Virus record (IMG/VR): IMGVR_UViG_3300025122_000016
Span: 1-59,518 of that record
Direction: 5' to 3' (one strand)
DNA from: a virus
Lineage: Duplodnaviria; Caudoviricetes
DNA length: 59,518 bases
Positions 45,675 to 55,423 of the stretch are shown piece by piece. The first letter of the stretch is position 1, and each line of letters opens with the position of its first letter. The translations under genes and the position numbers were made by a program. Below the pieces are notes generated by a model. That model worked only from the letters and a program-made list of their open reading frames with translations, ran no database searches and was not told the origin of the DNA.

Positions 45675-46280
45675 TTACCAGCGCCCACCAATTGGAACAT
45701 CTGCAAGTGCGTCATCATCTTTAGCTACATCTTCATCACTACTGCCAAACCCTTCTTCTCCCCTTTCTCTGTGGGATGTTATGGTTGCGTTTAGCTTTGG
45801 TTCTTCGTATGCATTGTATACTAATTGTGCTATCTTATCGCCCCTGTCTATGTCAAATGGCATTGGGCTTAGATTGGCTAGGATAACTTTGATTTCTCCT
45901 TTGTAGTCCGGGTCTATTGTTCCCGGGGAATTTAGAACAAACACTCCTTTAGATGCTAGGCCACTCTTTGATCTTATCTGCGCCTCCAATCCTTTAGGCA
46001 TAAATAATCTTATGCCGGTACCTATTAACTTCCATTCAAGTGGCTTTATTGCGTGATCTTCCGTGCTGTATAGATCATACCCTACAGCATCCTTGCTTCC
46101 TTTAGATGGGGTGCTGAAGTTGTTATCAGTTAATTCTATTGTAACTTCAAACTTATCTTCACTGCTAATGGCGCTAGCAGTTTTCATTTGATTGTCCCTC
46201 CATTCATTAGCGAGGTCTCTTAGGTTTCTTGCGGCATCCAGAATAGTCTCACCATCTTTGTACTCTTTATTAGAATGCAT
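45675..46280 (-). CDS. dut: Trimeric dUTPase with N-terminal extension
   Basis: GYDL, SKSGLA, GTIDPDYKGEI, IAQL, RGEEGFGSS. Confidence 0.92.
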   Translation of the reverse strand: MHSNKEYKDGETILDAARNLRDLANEWRDNQMKTASAISSEDKFEVTIELTDNNFSTPSKGSKDAVGYDLYSTEDHAIKPLEWKLIGTGIRLFMPKGLEAQIRSKSGLASKGVFVLNSPGTIDPDYKGEIKVILANLSPMPFDIDRGDKIAQLVYNAYEEPKLNATITSHRERGEEGFGSSDEDVAKDDDALADVPIGGRW

Positions 46281-46485
46281 TTCTTCCTCTCTTGGTGCTT
46301 GTATATTTATTGGGTAGTCCTATACTCTCAGCGTATCTTCTGTATTCATAAATATCCATGCCTGATTGTGATTTGAATATACTGTTCCATGATCTTTTCC
46401 TGTCTGGCTTCATTGCGTTCTTCATAGGCCAAGGGTAAGCGGAGATGGTGTGATCATTTAGTTTTAATCCTGTTCCGTTTCTCAT
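46270..46485 (-). CDS. Hypothetical protein
   Basis: ORF in operon. Confidence 0.55.
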   Translation of the reverse strand: MRNGTGLKLNDHTISAYPWPMKNAMKPDRKRSWNSIFKSQSGMDIYEYRRYAESIGLPNKYTSTKRGRNAF

Positions 46486-46663
46486 CTAGACTCTCCTGCA
46501 TAAATACTATGTATGTTTTATCTTTCATTCTTACAATGAACTCTCCTTTGTTATTGTAAGTACATAGTATAATTCCATTTGATTTCCAGTCCCCTTCTTT
46601 GCATGCAGTATACATTTGCCTCTCAAAAACTTTAGTGTAGCATTCTAGCAAATCGCAATCCAT
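46454..46663 (-). CDS. Hypothetical protein
   Basis: TAATG-coupled to ssb. Confidence 0.55.
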   Translation of the reverse strand: MDCDLLECYTKVFERQMYTACKEGDWKSNGIILCTYNNKGEFIVRMKDKTYIVFMQESLDEKRNRIKTK

Positions 46664-47103
46664 TAGAATGGAACGTCATCTGCTTGATCCGTAACGCTAT
46701 CTTTAAAGGAAGACATCTCTGCTCTGGTGTATTCGTCTTTCTTTGCATGACTATTTTTAGAGTCATGTTCAACTTGCTTGTACGCATCAGGGCTATTAAC
46801 CATTTGAAGTATTGATCCTATAATTTCAGTAACATACTTATCAGTACCGTCGCGGCCTGTATATTTTCTGTAGTTTATTCTTCCTTCTACGTATAGGTTT
46901 GTTCCTTTGGTTAGGTACTGCTCTGCTATTTCAGCTTGGCGTTTGTAGAATACCACCTTATGCCAATCTGCTTTTTCATATTCACCTGATCCAGAAGAAG
47001 TAACAAGGCCTATCTCTGCAACCTTGTTACCATTGGATGTAGTTCTAATTTCTGGGTCTTTCCACACCCTGCCCAAGATAATTACTTTATTAATTCCCCT
47101 CAT
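46663..47103 (-). CDS. ssb: Single-stranded DNA-binding protein (bacterial type)
   Basis: MRGINKVIILG..., WHKVV, YVEGR, acidic DDVPF tail. Confidence 0.93.
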   Translation of the reverse strand: MRGINKVIILGRVWKDPEIRTTSNGNKVAEIGLVTSSGSGEYEKADWHKVVFYKRQAEIAEQYLTKGTNLYVEGRINYRKYTGRDGTDKYVTEIIGSILQMVNSPDAYKQVEHDSKNSHAKKDEYTRAEMSSFKDSVTDQADDVPF

Positions 47104-47860
47104 TGTGATTCTCCGGGTAGTATTTTTTAATGTTTTTCCATACAGATAATGTCGAGTTAAATATGTTTGTAAATCTTTCGTGTTCTTCGGCGGGCCACTC
47201 ATGGAATACTGCATGCCCCGGGTGGGTTGCGCTTATAAATATGTTAGCAATTCTTGGTGATTTAATTCCAAGCCCTTGGGCGTAAGCAATTAGTTGGTAA
47301 CCCATGCTATCGTATGCTAGATTTTTATAGTCGTAATCAAACTCCTTAGTTTTAAAGTCTACAACCCATTGGTCAGAGCATAGGTCTACCATGCCACCAT
47401 AACCTTCCTTGCTTGCGAATGTATGCTCAGCTTTCCATTCGGATTTACTGTCATCATTAAGGCCGCAGTTGATATCCAGTATTGAAAAGGCAGCGCCAAT
47501 AATTCTTTTATCATCTTCATTGGCAGGCATATCTCCGGTTTTGAAGTGCGTCTCTAACACATGGTGTATCCTGCTTCCTCTTTCAGATGCTTTCTCAGAT
47601 TCTTTTTTGCTATGGTGTAATATTCTTTTAGCATATGTGCCGTTGTGCTCACCATCTTTTCTGCTTAATTGCATGGATGATTCAATTGCTTTATTTATTT
47701 TCCATTTATCAAGCCCCGGCTTGCCAAGTATGTCCATAACAGATGTGACTGATGGTACCCATCCATGTTTTCTAGCATCGCGAAGTGTTGAACCTCTTTT
47801 AGTTCCGTCCTTAGACGTTACCCAGTGCTGTGGGTTTCCTTCTTTGTCATACCAATGCAT
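47090..47860 (-). CDS. PD-(D/E)XK exonuclease
   Basis: PSVTSV, RGSRIH, E..., GGMVDL, VVDFKT, QLIAY. Confidence 0.85.
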   Translation of the reverse strand: MHWYDKEGNPQHWVTSKDGTKRGSTLRDARKHGWVPSVTSVMDILGKPGLDKWKINKAIESSMQLSRKDGEHNGTYAKRILHHSKKESEKASERGSRIHHVLETHFKTGDMPANEDDKRIIGAAFSILDINCGLNDDSKSEWKAEHTFASKEGYGGMVDLCSDQWVVDFKTKEFDYDYKNLAYDSMGYQLIAYAQGLGIKSPRIANIFISATHPGHAVFHEWPAEEHERFTNIFNSTLSVWKNIKKYYPENHNEGN

Positions 47861-47873
47861 TATGTTATGCTCC

Positions 47874-48296
47874 TTATATTCTGTCGGCTAATTCGTTTGT
47901 CCATTTTCCACTGTCAGGATCAGCCCAAGAAGGCAGTTCTTTAGTGTTAGGTAAGTAATAGAGATATCTTCCAACACCCCACTTGACAGCACTACGTTTA
48001 AATGCATCACTCAGACCGCCTTTAGCGCCTTCTATTTTAGTATCGTCAGCCCCGTCTGACTTGCTTATCCATTCGTCTCCAAATCTTATTCTTAATGTAC
48101 ATACAACTCTACCCATGACTTCTTTGTATTCGTCTTGCCAGTTTAAAGGCCCAACTGTTGAGTCAAGGCGAGCCATTACATCTCTTGCATCTATATAGTG
48201 TAATGTTTTATTAGCTTGTGGCCTTGGCTTCACTCTACCAACATCGAATGGTTTCTTCAACTCACGGATTGTATTTAGAATTTCTTGAGTGTCCAT
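47874..48296 (-). CDS. Rad52/Sak-like single-strand annealing protein
   Basis: YIDARDVMARLD..VG..NW, KSDG, KGGLSDAFKRSAVKWGVGRYLY. Confidence 0.9.
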   Translation of the reverse strand: MDTQEILNTIRELKKPFDVGRVKPRPQANKTLHYIDARDVMARLDSTVGPLNWQDEYKEVMGRVVCTLRIRFGDEWISKSDGADDTKIEGAKGGLSDAFKRSAVKWGVGRYLYYLPNTKELPSWADPDSGKWTNELADRI

Positions 48297-48297
48297 A

Positions 48298-48528
48298 TCA
48301 AACCTCGCTATCTTGTTTAATCCACCAGTTATCATCACCTCTACCTATACCGTCTAACCATTTGTTATAGCTAGGCTTCCATGATTCATCCATAACTTTC
48401 TTTGCCTTGTCAGGGGTTAATTTAATTTCCTCTTCAAAATATCTTTGCCATTGGGCTACCTCTGCCTCATACTGTTCTTGCGTATCTTCGTACTCATCTT
48501 CAGAGATGTACTCTTCGGAATGTCCCAT
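48298..48528 (-). CDS. Hypothetical acidic protein
   Basis: ORF in operon (MGHSEEY...). Confidence 0.55.
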   Translation of the reverse strand: MGHSEEYISEDEYEDTQEQYEAEVAQWQRYFEEEIKLTPDKAKKVMDESWKPSYNKWLDGIGRGDDNWWIKQDSEV

Positions 48529-48597
48529 CTTAATATGCAAAAATAATGAATGCTAATACAGCCATGCAAGCCATGATAAAATCCATTGTTACTCTCC

Positions 48598-48987
48598 TTA
48601 GTATGCTTGTCTTGGTATCGTAATTCCATACTCAGCCATGAACTGTTCAACCCTTTCCATGTATTCCCCAAAGTCATCTACTTTCATCTTAGATGTAGAG
48701 TATGGTAGTTCATATGTCTTTCCTGTTATATCGCTTTCAAGTGTGTCAATACCTAATAGTTCTGTTGCAAGTATAGCATGCAATTCATCTACTGTGTGCC
48801 CTGTTTCCTTAGAGAATGTTCTAAGCAATAGCCAATACCTGTTGTTTTGTTCGGATGATCTTTTAGATTTGTATTTTTGAATCGTCACTTCGTAAGGACT
48901 GTCTTCATTCGCTCCTAGAGCATAGAGTTTATCTATGCAAGAGTCAACCGCTTCGTCGTTACGAAGAACATACCTTATCTTTTCCAT
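48598..48987 (-). CDS. NinB/Orf-like recombination protein
   Basis: KRSSEQNNRYW, STSKMKVDDFGEYMERVEQF. Confidence 0.85.
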   Translation of the reverse strand: MEKIRYVLRNDEAVDSCIDKLYALGANEDSPYEVTIQKYKSKRSSEQNNRYWLLLRTFSKETGHTVDELHAILATELLGIDTLESDITGKTYELPYSTSKMKVDDFGEYMERVEQFMAEYGITIPRQAY

Positions 48988-48988
48988 A

Positions 48989-49255
48989 TCATACTTCCTT
49001 GAGTTTGTTTTCTTTGAATGCCCTTCCTATTGTTTGCAAACACCACCTTATCTGATCCTCTTTGGGATGCGTTCCGTTATGGCAATCTTCATGGCACTTA
49101 TAACATACTGGTATAGTAAATACATCTGAGGCCTTTCTCCCTACACCAGCGCCGAGAACAATCACCCGTAAGTGATGAGCCTGTATGCCCTGTATTGTAG
49201 CACAAAATATACAAGGCAGTGAGGCTACCCACTGTAGATACTTGCGTGACTTCAA
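48989..49255 (-). CDS. DUF968/Ref-like Zn-binding HNH-type protein
   Basis: KYLQWVASLPCIFC...AHH...KASD.FTIPVC..CH..H. Confidence 0.8.
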   Translation of the reverse strand: MKSRKYLQWVASLPCIFCATIQGIQAHHLRVIVLGAGVGRKASDVFTIPVCYKCHEDCHNGTHPKEDQIRWCLQTIGRAFKENKLKEV

Positions 49256-49789
49256 TCAAGCTCTCCTTAATGCGTTTATAAGTTCTCTCTCCCAGTTGTA
49301 TAAGGCCCCTATAAAGTGATAGTGGTAATTATATTTTACGCATCTGTGGTAGGTTCTCCTATCCATCATCAAATAGTTTGCCCTAACTCTATCGCTTATA
49401 GATTTTTTACCAACTCCATTACAAACAGTGCATGTGAATAATGTTTGGTCTATAAAAAGTTTGCCCCTGCCCCCGCACTTAGGACAGCATGATGGACTTA
49501 TGCCTTCGCCAAGTGCTAGAACGCACATCCTTTTTAATAAAGCATTTGTCATTTTAAAGCCGTGTCTTTTTCTTGCCCATTTTATTTTTTTTCCTATCTT
49601 AAACAGTTCAAATAATATTTCTTTATTATGGTTGGGGTCTAATGCATACTTAGCCCTACCGTACAAAGATGCTGGCCTACTAGCAAATCCCATTGCACCT
49701 GCTATATAAATCCATGGCAATCTATCCTCTGTACGTGACGGGTCGGGAGACCTGATTGTCAATGATTTAATGTCTTCTAACCCTGCCAT
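49256..49789 (-). CDS. Lambda Q-like antitermination protein
   Basis: CPKCGGRG...CTVCNGVG zinc finger followed by HTH-like segment; located in the nin-like region. Confidence 0.6.
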   Translation of the reverse strand: MAGLEDIKSLTIRSPDPSRTEDRLPWIYIAGAMGFASRPASLYGRAKYALDPNHNKEILFELFKIGKKIKWARKRHGFKMTNALLKRMCVLALGEGISPSCCPKCGGRGKLFIDQTLFTCTVCNGVGKKSISDRVRANYLMMDRRTYHRCVKYNYHYHFIGALYNWERELINALRRA

Positions 49790-49973
49790 AAATGCTCTCG
49801 TATATTTTTCTTGTTGGTCTCAAGCCGAATGCGTGATTGCTTCCATTAACATAACCCAAGAATGTTTCACACGCCTGACTCCCCTCATAGCAGGGCTTGT
49901 AGTACAAGCAGTCAGTGCATGGGGGTTCTTCAGATTTGATTGCTCGTAATATATTAAATATCCCTCTGTCCAT
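49767..49973 (-). CDS. Small Cys-rich protein
   Basis: PCTDC....C......C. Confidence 0.6.
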   Translation of the reverse strand: MDRGIFNILRAIKSEEPPCTDCLYYKPCYEGSQACETFLGYVNGSNHAFGLRPTRKIYESIYGRVRRH

Positions 49974-50283
49974 GCCTGATCTCCTTCTTCAGGTCACCAA
50001 GTCTTAAAATAACTAGCGTATCATCTATGACTGCAGATCTCTCCTTTAAAAATACGATCGGAGTCTTCACACCATCGCTTGATTTCACTGCTTGATCCAT
50101 AGCATTCTTTATCCACTTGGGTATTTCTTTTCTGTACTTGCACTCGATAGAAAAGACATTGCTTTTTATGTCGGCAGCATGCCCTCGAATTCTACCTGTT
50201 ACTGGTATTCTTTCTGCGTCATCACCCAGTAAGGTCAGCTCCTCAGCTATTTTTCTCTCAAACTTCTTCCATGTTTTATCCAT
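49954..50283 (-). CDS. Holliday junction resolvase-like PD-(D/E)XK nuclease
   Basis: WKKFERKIA, ADI, SIECK, QA, PIV. Confidence 0.8.
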   Translation of the reverse strand: MDKTWKKFERKIAEELTLLGDDAERIPVTGRIRGHAADIKSNVFSIECKYRKEIPKWIKNAMDQAVKSSDGVKTPIVFLKERSAVIDDTLVILRLGDLKKEIRHGQRDI

Positions 50284-50284
50284 A

Positions 50285-52045
50285 TCACACTCCGAATTTA
50301 GGAGGTATCTCTTCAGTAGCTTTATTAAGTTCATGGTATGTTCCTGTAGACCAGTTGTAAGCTAGTTCTGACATGCCTATCCTACCATCCTGTCTGAACC
50401 TAATTTTCTGGGTATGTATTTCTATTACTGCACCACTATCAATGCTTAAATCTCTCCAAACTGTAATACAATTATCAGACTTGTCTCTCCATCTAGCACT
50501 ACCACTTATATCATATGGCGTTGGGATGGGTACCTTACCGTTTTTATCTCGGTAAAGCTTTGCTGGATGGGCGACTATCCATATGTGTATGCCTGCCTTA
50601 CGTGCAAATTGTCTGACTCTTTTTAAACATATAGATATGTACTCTGTTTCTGTTTGATTGTTAGGCCTCATGTGCTCAAGTTCATTCCATGGGTCAATAA
50701 CCAATCCCCTTATACCTTTTTTAAGCACGAGAGATTGCGCGGCTTTTAGAATTGTTTCTATTGACCACTCTTTATCATCATGTGGGAGTATCCAAGTGAA
50801 ATGTTTGGACAACCACCTCTTGCCATGCTCTAACTCTTCCTTACTCATCCTGAGTTGAGGCCCGTCATTGAATGGCGCACCTATATATTTCTCAAGAACC
50901 CTAGCCATATGGTCTTCCATTGGTTGGTTCTCTGGTGAGAAAATTGCGAAGTTCCATCCTTCATTCTTAGCTATGTTAACCATCATGGCGTCTATCCAAT
51001 TTGATTTGCCGCTACTTGGTATCCCTGTAACCGTCGTCAATGCTCCGGGCCTTACCAGATACAAAGGATTAAGGCCACTCCATCCTGTACTTACACCTTG
51101 ATCCATCCCACTATCATACAATCTATTTATAGAGTCAGATAATTCTATTGCATTGTATGTTCCCTCTATTGGGTAAGGTGCAGCGTGGTCAATGCACTCA
51201 ATCAATATGCTTTTTCCATACTTTATAAGAACTTCGTTAGCATCCTTACATCCTTCAGGCCAATCAACTTTGTAGCATACCTCTCTTCCCAACCTTCTAG
51301 ATAACTCATCCTCTAATTTTTTACCAGCCTCGTCGTTGTCAACTGCCAATATAAACTTACCAATACCCTTAGTCCAGTTACCATTTAAATATTCAAACTT
51401 GGAACTGTAGTCTCTTGAGTTTGGTGGTGGTGCGCCATCAGGAACACTTATGCAGTTCTTTATTCCCGCTTCCCATAAAGCCAGTTTATCGATCTCACCC
51501 TCAACAATAACAGACCATCCTGATCTGGAAGTTGCATCTTCATCTGGAACTATTATGTCATCGATGCCATAAGGAATTCTCTGAGCGCCCGCTTCTAAAC
51601 GAAAATTCTTTTTACCGTCCCTATATTTTACGTTTATTAATTCTCCATCTTTATAATATGGAAATGCTATAGCGTTCTCAAGTGATTCTGTTTGTGGCAT
51701 ATAAACTTTCTTGGATGAGATATTATTTTCCTTCAATGTCTCAGCAGATATACCTCTATTCAAGAACCAGTCCATAACTTCAGGACTTAAATCTACGGCG
51801 GGTAATGGTTCTGGCTTGTGGTAGGTTGGCTTTCTCCAGTGGAGTACATTGGATATATCATCCGGCCCCTTCTTTAAAGAGCCTGACCAACCACAGTGGT
51901 GACACAACCATACACCCTCATCTGCATTCACAGATAAGCATGGTGCTTTCTTCTTTTTCCTATGACTTGAACATTCTGGGCATTGTGTATTAACCTGTCC
52001 CGATGCCCTGCCGGGAAGTCTTATACCATAATCTTCAAATGTCAT
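50285..52045 (-). CDS. T7 gp4/Twinkle-type primase-helicase
   Basis: CPEC/CHHC zinc finger, TOPRIM EGEID and DND, KDANE, Walker A GIPSSGKS, IDP, VAHP, DISGS. Confidence 0.92.
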   Translation of the reverse strand: MTFEDYGIRLPGRASGQVNTQCPECSSHRKKKKAPCLSVNADEGVWLCHHCGWSGSLKKGPDDISNVLHWRKPTYHKPEPLPAVDLSPEVMDWFLNRGISAETLKENNISSKKVYMPQTESLENAIAFPYYKDGELINVKYRDGKKNFRLEAGAQRIPYGIDDIIVPDEDATSRSGWSVIVEGEIDKLALWEAGIKNCISVPDGAPPPNSRDYSSKFEYLNGNWTKGIGKFILAVDNDEAGKKLEDELSRRLGREVCYKVDWPEGCKDANEVLIKYGKSILIECIDHAAPYPIEGTYNAIELSDSINRLYDSGMDQGVSTGWSGLNPLYLVRPGALTTVTGIPSSGKSNWIDAMMVNIAKNEGWNFAIFSPENQPMEDHMARVLEKYIGAPFNDGPQLRMSKEELEHGKRWLSKHFTWILPHDDKEWSIETILKAAQSLVLKKGIRGLVIDPWNELEHMRPNNQTETEYISICLKRVRQFARKAGIHIWIVAHPAKLYRDKNGKVPIPTPYDISGSARWRDKSDNCITVWRDLSIDSGAVIEIHTQKIRFRQDGRIGMSELAYNWSTGTYHELNKATEEIPPKFGV

Positions 52046-52058
52046 AATTTCTCTTACC

Positions 52059-52095
52059 ATAATTATATTATATATACTATAATTATATTATATAT
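52059..52095. repeat. AT-only 17-bp tandem repeat (candidate origin/unwinding element)
   Basis: ATAATTATATTATATAT at 52059-52075 and 52079-52095, immediately upstream of the primase-helicase. Confidence 0.6.
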
Positions 52096-52127
52096 TTAAC
52101 AACAAAGAATATAATATCTATACTACT

Positions 52128-52136
52128 ATTATAGCA
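52128..52136 (-). promoter_or_regulatory. Extended -10 promoter (TGCTATAAT) for replication genes
   Basis: Same TATGCTATAATA core as the promoter at 1294-1305. Confidence 0.6.
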
Positions 52137-52192
52137 TAACGTATTGGCTATGGTGAGTCATGGTAGAAATTAACTTTCTTGAATCTTCCGTG

Positions 52193-52369
52193 CTATTTCT
52201 CCGACTCACCAAGTTCGTCATCTATCTCTTTCTTACCATCTTTTCTAGTCTGCTTATTAGTTTTTTTAATATGCTTCCCTCCCTTCTTTAATATGTCATA
52301 GTTATATCTTGGCTTTAAAGTATTACGAACAGAACTCGTATCATCTGTACGTTTTCGCTTGTTGCTCAT
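52193..52369 (-). CDS. Small basic protein
   Basis: MSNKRKR...; GAGG RBS. Confidence 0.6.
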   Translation of the reverse strand: MSNKRKRTDDTSSVRNTLKPRYNYDILKKGGKHIKKTNKQTRKDGKKEIDDELGESEK

Positions 52370-52448
52370 TGTGTCCTCTCTAAAAACATGCCGTATAAGG
52401 CACCAAATCAAGCCTCTAAGAGACATTTAAAGTGCACCCTGTACCCCC

Positions 52449-53417
52449 CTACGACTGAATAGAATCTACTAATTTTATTAGCTTTCCTTCCATCAAACTA
52501 GCAGGTAACTCCGATGCTATACTGGCGGCAAGTAGGTAAGCTTTATCCATTGTCTCTCTAGACCTGTCAATAAATCTAGCAACGGAAAGCCTCCTTATCA
52601 ACCCCTCGTTTGGGCCGTGGTTTCCATAAGTGCTGGGTTTGTACATCTCTAATACTACATGCATCAAACCAGTTGGAATCCCTCTAAACGTCGCGTTTTG
52701 ATCGGCACAACAGATAGCAAGGTCACCATTTAACCTAGCTTTAGCCATTTCCTTGTAATGTTTTGGCTCTAGGTGCTGTGATAGTGGCTTATCTTCAGCC
52801 CATATAGTCTTGCCTCGATTGAGCCTCTTGGCATTAGTTATATTTCCATTAGGGAACTTATCACTAGCTGGGCTATACTTTATTGTACCTTCATTGGGGA
52901 CTTCATATATAACATGTGGACATTCATTACCATTATGGTATGGTGCGTAAGCATGCATTCTGGCGTCTGTCATGTCAGGATTAAAGCTTGTGAACATCTT
53001 GTTTCCGTCAGTGCCAGCAGATTTTGACCAGAAATAAATCCATTCTGGTAAATATTCTGATATAAGACATACGACTCTATCAGAAAAAAAAGTCCGTTGA
53101 TTTTTACGCCTAACCCCTCTTGTGGGGTATATAAAATCGAAAACTTTATCTAAATCAACAGTTACTTCATTGTTTTTATGGTAAGTTATCATCTTATTAT
53201 TGCTTATTTCAGAAGCCTTGTTACGTATTTCTTCTACGGTTGAGGTATCTCCAAAGTCAAGGTCTAGGTAATTCTCTGCACCAAAAAAGAAATCGCCATC
53301 CTCTTCTCTTAATGTACATCCATTGCCAAATTGTCTTGCGTTTTTATGTATATAATATTCTCTTGCGGCATGCAAGGTAGTATTAATAACCGAAAGTGTA
53401 CTGTCTCCATAAGCCAT
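52449..53417 (-). CDS. Hypothetical protein, 322 aa
   Basis: Long ORF with GAGGAG RBS; no motif recognised. Confidence 0.8.
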   Translation of the reverse strand: MAYGDSTLSVINTTLHAAREYYIHKNARQFGNGCTLREEDGDFFFGAENYLDLDFGDTSTVEEIRNKASEISNNKMITYHKNNEVTVDLDKVFDFIYPTRGVRRKNQRTFFSDRVVCLISEYLPEWIYFWSKSAGTDGNKMFTSFNPDMTDARMHAYAPYHNGNECPHVIYEVPNEGTIKYSPASDKFPNGNITNAKRLNRGKTIWAEDKPLSQHLEPKHYKEMAKARLNGDLAICCADQNATFRGIPTGLMHVVLEMYKPSTYGNHGPNEGLIRRLSVARFIDRSRETMDKAYLLAASIASELPASLMEGKLIKLVDSIQS

Positions 53418-53432
53418 AAGCTTCTCCTCTAT

Positions 53433-54560
53433 CTAAATCTCTTCATCGACATAAATTACATCTCCGAATGGGCTTGTTATTATTCTACCACAATTATATG
53501 CCACCCAAAGAACGGGATAATCTGGCTCAGTTTCTGGGAAACTGCCCATCATATCTGTGAAATATATAAACAAAGATGGGTTAACATCATTCATTTCTAC
53601 CCACTCAAAAGCAGGCTCAAATGCAGTGCCACCTCCACCAACAGGGTTAATGCTGAAAGGAAAGTCTTCTTTATTAAAGGTCTCTGCTTTGTGAACTGCG
53701 GCATCGACATGCAGTACAATCACCTTATCAATGTCACAATCCATCACTATACCGTTGATCTCACCAACAAATCTCTCCAAAAAAGATTGAGTTGATCCGC
53801 TTGAATCAATAGCAACAACGAGTTCTCTTAGGCCGTGCTCTTTGCGGACAGATGGAAGATATATACCAGAAGAAATGAACTTCTTCAAAGGTTTAGTCCA
53901 TGTTGAGGTATTTTTTATCCTGTCGATAGCGTATTGCCTCATCTTTTCAGACCATAAAATCTCTGGTTCTAGTATATCTGCTACAAGATGTTCAAATTCA
54001 GCAGGTACAGTGCCTCTACTTTTAGCGGCCTCAACAGCGCCAATGACTCTAGTTTTCCACTCATTTTCCATCTCGTTTTTGTCTGAAGAAGAGTTAAATC
54101 CATCTTCAAAGTACCCTGTTCCTCCAATATCGAAGCCAGCAACAGGCAAATCAATGCATTTTGCGCCTTTAATTAGGTCATCATATACCTTTTCAGCAGT
54201 CCATCCGTCATACTTCTCATCATGTAGCACATCTTCTGGCAACGCAATGCCTGCATCAAAGATTATTTTGTTGATTACATAGTCGCAAGCTTGATTCCAA
54301 ACGTAAGGATTTCTAGTTCCTCTCCGTGTTACATGAAGGAAGGCGCAATGACACACCTCATGAACGAAAACACCTAACAATACCCTAACCGACAGGGTTT
54401 CTACATAAGATGGATTATAATATAAATTATTACCATCAGTTCCCATTGTTGGGATGTCTTCCTTGACTATCATAGGCATTCTACATAACAAAGTGCCAAA
54501 GAAAGGTTGATCAACTAAGGCGTGAGTCCTAGCTATACCTATCTTACGATTCAAGTCCAT
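53433..54560 (-). CDS. Metallopeptidase + vWA domain protein (DUF2201-like)
   Basis: TMGTDG, HEVCH, WNQACDYVIN, MIDAS DSSGS, GGGT.F, FTD. Confidence 0.88.
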   Translation of the reverse strand: MDLNRKIGIARTHALVDQPFFGTLLCRMPMIVKEDIPTMGTDGNNLYYNPSYVETLSVRVLLGVFVHEVCHCAFLHVTRRGTRNPYVWNQACDYVINKIIFDAGIALPEDVLHDEKYDGWTAEKVYDDLIKGAKCIDLPVAGFDIGGTGYFEDGFNSSSDKNEMENEWKTRVIGAVEAAKSRGTVPAEFEHLVADILEPEILWSEKMRQYAIDRIKNTSTWTKPLKKFISSGIYLPSVRKEHGLRELVVAIDSSGSTQSFLERFVGEINGIVMDCDIDKVIVLHVDAAVHKAETFNKEDFPFSINPVGGGGTAFEPAFEWVEMNDVNPSLFIYFTDMMGSFPETEPDYPVLWVAYNCGRIITSPFGDVIYVDEEI

Positions 54561-55422
54561 ATATACGCTCCATTTTCTCTATAATTTGTGTCGCAGATGA
54601 AACAACACCACTCCTAGTGCCTTCACTATCTCTTAACTCCTCGATTCCGTAACATAAAAGACCGTCTTCCATCTCTTTCGCTATCATAGATAGGTTCTGA
54701 TCTTCCATTATATTAAGATGAGGCACAACTTTTACTACATTATGTACTTTATTTATTAAACTGTTGAAAATTCTTGGGTCTTCCTTGTCCAGCACACACT
54801 TCATGTGTGTTACAGCATCATGCATCTTGTAATGTAAGTCTTTAATTGAAGACCGCATAGATTCTATCATATCTTCCTTCGCTTCTTCCTCGATCTTGCG
54901 TAACTCTTCCTGACTAGCACCATGATCGAACCTAAAATCCATACTATCTAGACTAGGTATAGGCCTGATTGATGATGAGAAATGTAATTTATTTAACAGT
55001 GCATCAGCGAATGGGTAATCATTCACATTAAACAACGACCCTAACCTGACCTTAGCCTCTTCAACATGACCATCATAAGCGGCAGAGGTTAATGCCTTCT
55101 CATGATGCCATGCATTCTTAGCTTTTCTTATCACATTGCTTGCCTCTATCACAGAACCGTTACCAAGTATACGCATATTGCTCCCATTCATATATGGTAG
55201 CGTAACAGAGTCAATATACCCCATGATCTCACTCTTTATTTTATGGTATGGCTTGAATAACTTACGTTCCATGGTAATTTTCTGGTAATTTCCTGCTCTT
55301 TTCCTACCGCCTTCAACATTATTATCGAATGCAATCTTTTCAGATAGATTCTTATCTGCCTTAGTGCCTGAAGGTATACTAAAATCAACACACAAAAGAA
55401 CTGCCTTGTCTTCTAGTGACAT
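54544..55422 (-). CDS. DUF3150-like helical protein
   Basis: AVLL...S..SG.K.D, TLPY, LGSLF...DYP; sits between AAA and vWA genes. Confidence 0.6.
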   Translation of the reverse strand: MSLEDKAVLLCVDFSIPSGTKADKNLSEKIAFDNNVEGGRKRAGNYQKITMERKLFKPYHKIKSEIMGYIDSVTLPYMNGSNMRILGNGSVIEASNVIRKAKNAWHHEKALTSAAYDGHVEEAKVRLGSLFNVNDYPFADALLNKLHFSSSIRPIPSLDSMDFRFDHGASQEELRKIEEEAKEDMIESMRSSIKDLHYKMHDAVTHMKCVLDKEDPRIFNSLINKVHNVVKVVPHLNIMEDQNLSMIAKEMEDGLLCYGIEELRDSEGTRSGVVSSATQIIEKMERIYGLES

Positions 55423-55423
55423 A

